The notes under the pieces are model-generated. The model was not told the DNA's origin, did not search any database, and saw only the letters and a list, made by a program, of their open reading frames with translations. DNA of 49,502 nucleotides from Eremomyces bilateralis CBS 781.70. Its lineage: Eukaryota. Shown here piece after piece: positions 47,486 through 49,502 of the stretch. Each line of letters starts with the position of its first letter. Position 1 is the first letter of the stretch. The stretch lies in NCBI GenBank assembly GCA_010015585.1, contig ML975159.1. One strand, given 5' to 3'. The position numbers and the translations under genes were made by a program.

Positions 47486-47541
47486 CACCCAATCGATTGT
47501 CGCCTGATTCGGTTGTGTTTCGTATGCAGGATGGGTGTTAT

Positions 47542-48369
47542 TCATAGACCGCTGAATAAGTCGTCAATGGCACCTCGCTTCTTCCGTTTCGTCTTCTTCC
47601 TCCCGATGACTTCCTTCTCTACCGTTGTCGCTGCCGTTGCAGTCGTTGCCGTTGCAGTTGCCGACACCCCCTCGGTATGCTCGTCGTACGTTCTCTTGCT
47701 CGTGCTCTTCTCCACAACCACACTAGTAGCTTCAACAGTCTCCATTTCCCTCGCGACGACCATACCCAGATCCGTGTCACCGCCCACTTGTCCCGCATCA
47801 GCAAGCGCAGAGATTTGTTGTACATCCTTCGTGGCCCACGCCTTTGCCGCCTCCGCCGTTTTCTGCGCCGCTATCGCCTCGATGGCACCGGTGATTCCCA
47901 GCAAAGAGCATATTCGAGCGAGACATGCGATCAGGACCAGACCAAAGGACGGAAACCGTAGCGAAGCCAGCAACTGGGAAAATGCACTGGCAATTGTTAA
48001 CACTACATCGTCATCATATTGGAGCCTCAGCGGCTGTTTGAAAACAACATACGTGAACCATCTCCCAACCTTCCTATCCCTCCATGTTTCCCACCTCGCC
48101 TGATACGCCTTCTTCCTCTCGACCTCCGACCGCCTCCGCTTCTTCATATCTACACCCCGCTTGAACGTCACCTCGCGCACCGCAATCTCCTCCACCACGC
48201 GCCTCAGCTCCCTGCGAAATGAATCGAAATGCCTCCACCATAGGCTGCGCCGGTGCTGGTTCTTATTGCGGTGGTACAAGCGGTGTACAAGTCTGGAGAG
48301 GGTGCGGAGCTCGGTTTTGTGTTCGTTGGGGACGGCCGGCGGTTGCGAGGGGGCGGAGGAAGGTGCCAT
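47542..48369 (-). CDS. RMP1: RNase MRP subunit Rmp1 homologue; intron 48052-47987
   Basis: LVHRLYHRNKNQHRRSLWWRHF, AFSQLLASLRFPSFGLVLIACLARI and C-terminal KKRGAIDDLFSGL. The likely start is MAPSSAP (48369), not the ORF-track start at 48606. Confidence 0.85.
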   Translation of the reverse strand: MAPSSAPSQPPAVPNEHKTELRTLSRLVHRLYHRNKNQHRRSLWWRHFDSFRRELRRVVEEIAVREVTFKRGVDMKKRRRSEVERKKAYQARWETWRDRKVGRWFTYVVFKQPLRLQYDDDVVLTIASAFSQLLASLRFPSFGLVLIACLARICSLLGITGAIEAIAAQKTAEAAKAWATKDVQQISALADAGQVGGDTDLGMVVAREMETVEATSVVVEKSTSKRTYDEHTEGVSATATATTATAATTVEKEVIGRKKTKRKKRGAIDDLFSGL

Positions 48370-49105
48370 ATTGGATATGATGGTCCGTAAGGCGATATAG
48401 ACGGATAGCTGGAGATCCCCAAACTCGTGCCGCCTTCGTGATGTGCCCCGACGTGTTATCCAGTATCTCTTAGAAGATTTGTCGTCGTCACCCGGTAGCG
48501 CGTTGACGCTGCCGCGTGATTTGCCGTATCCCCCCGTCGCCCGTCGTCCCGCAAATACGATATGCTGTGCTCCAGATTCTAATATCCCTTCCGTCTTTTC
48601 CTCCAACCCTTGAACTTTCTTGTTGTGATTGTTTCATCCCGGAAATCCCGCTCCGAGTGAGGTTTCGAGATGGGACGCAAGAGGGGGAGCGTCTTATATC
48701 AACAAAGAGTGCTAACCTAATAGCGTTAGAGGAGGCACCTCCCTCCTATATAGTTCTATCATCCCGTCTTGCTCTGCGGCTTCATTTCCGCTGGTCCCCT
48801 CCATCAATACAGTCACGAGCAAAATCGGATTCCAGTATTACACTTCGTTGCATTGATTTGTTCTCTCTACACCGTCCTCCTAACTAGGGGATCTCCTCCT
48901 TTGTCTTAGCTAGCGCATTGCAGGGGTGGTATTGTAAATCTGTAAATAATCCCACTCTCTAAATTACATAATCCACCATTTCAAATGAGCGGTTGCTGCC
49001 TTAAACCCATCCAAATCATGTGTGTTATTCTTCATAGCACAGCATGCTACTTAGGAAACTACATCAGAAATTGATAGAACAGAGTCATATCTATCTCTAG
49101 TTACT

Positions 49106-49502
49106 CTATCTATCTTTTCTACCCATCCTCCCTTTCAAGCGCGTGTAAAACGAGTCTTTTTTGCTCTTCAAGCTGCTGGTTTGCTCAGGCATAGCCTCAC
49201 TGTCGTGCAGAGTACTAGCACCATCGGTGGGTATCTCTCTAAGCTCCTCTTTATCATTGTCAACTGATGTCCTGCTCGGTCCTTGTCTTTCCTCCCCTGC
49301 CTCTTGTTGCATAGCTGTAAAATAATTAAGACACGCAATAGTTTTCGGGTGCTGGGAACCGAGCTTCTGCTTGTAGCCATTGGATGCACTCTGGTAGAGC
49401 TCGGACGCCTCCCTATATCGCCTGCGCTTGTGTAAAAGATAGGCAAGGCAGTAGACGGAAGTTAGTGTATCAGGATGATCTATTCCAAGCTCCTTTTCCC
49501 TC
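49106..49502 (-). CDS. 3' end of a TPR-repeat (kinesin-light-chain-like) protein, probably NB-ARC/NLR-type; 5' part beyond the window
   Basis: Open frame from 49501: REKELGIDHPDTLTSVYCLAYLLHKRRRYREASELYQSASNGYKQKLGSQHPKTIACLNYF..., then a disordered tail to the stop at 49106. The two LGxxHPxT motifs are 42 residues apart. Confidence 0.8.
   Translation of the reverse strand, partial: REKELGIDHPDTLTSVYCLAYLLHKRRRYREASELYQSASNGYKQKLGSQHPKTIACLNYFTAMQQEAGEERQGPSRTSVDNDKEELREIPTDGASTLHDSEAMPEQTSSLKSKKDSFYTRLKGRMGRKDR

Noticed and set aside
48370..48606. N-terminal extension of RMP1 in the ORF track
   Set aside because: Non-ATG start, and the sequence resembles promoter/UTR; the recognisable domain begins after the ATG at 48369.

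Overview
Intron-containing nuclear DNA of a filamentous ascomycete (Pezizomycotina), with mostly 50-90 nt introns and CTRAC-type branch points. The left ~16 kb holds a PAS-domain gene (cut by the window edge), a Cys-rich tandem-domain protein, a GNAT acetyltransferase, an HSL-family lipase/esterase and hypothetical genes. The middle (~16.9-34 kb) looks accessory: a decayed RecQ-type helicase fragment missed by the ORF track, an MCT-type MFS transporter with PDRE-type promoter sites, a PTH11-like membrane protein, an intact 1846-bp Fot1/pogo transposon (47-bp perfect TIRs, TA duplication), two convergent Zn2Cys6 transcription factors (one with a 19-bp inverted-repeat element inside an intron) and an NmrA-like reductase. 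The right part is housekeeping: ENA-type Na+/K+ P-type ATPase, intron-containing tRNA-Ile(UAU), PTH1, YTP1-like, SWI5/SAE3, GPI7/LAS21 and RMP1. The window ends in the 3' end of a TPR-repeat, probably NLR-like, gene. All calls come from reading motifs by eye; no database searches were run, and no single clearly novel system is demonstrated.
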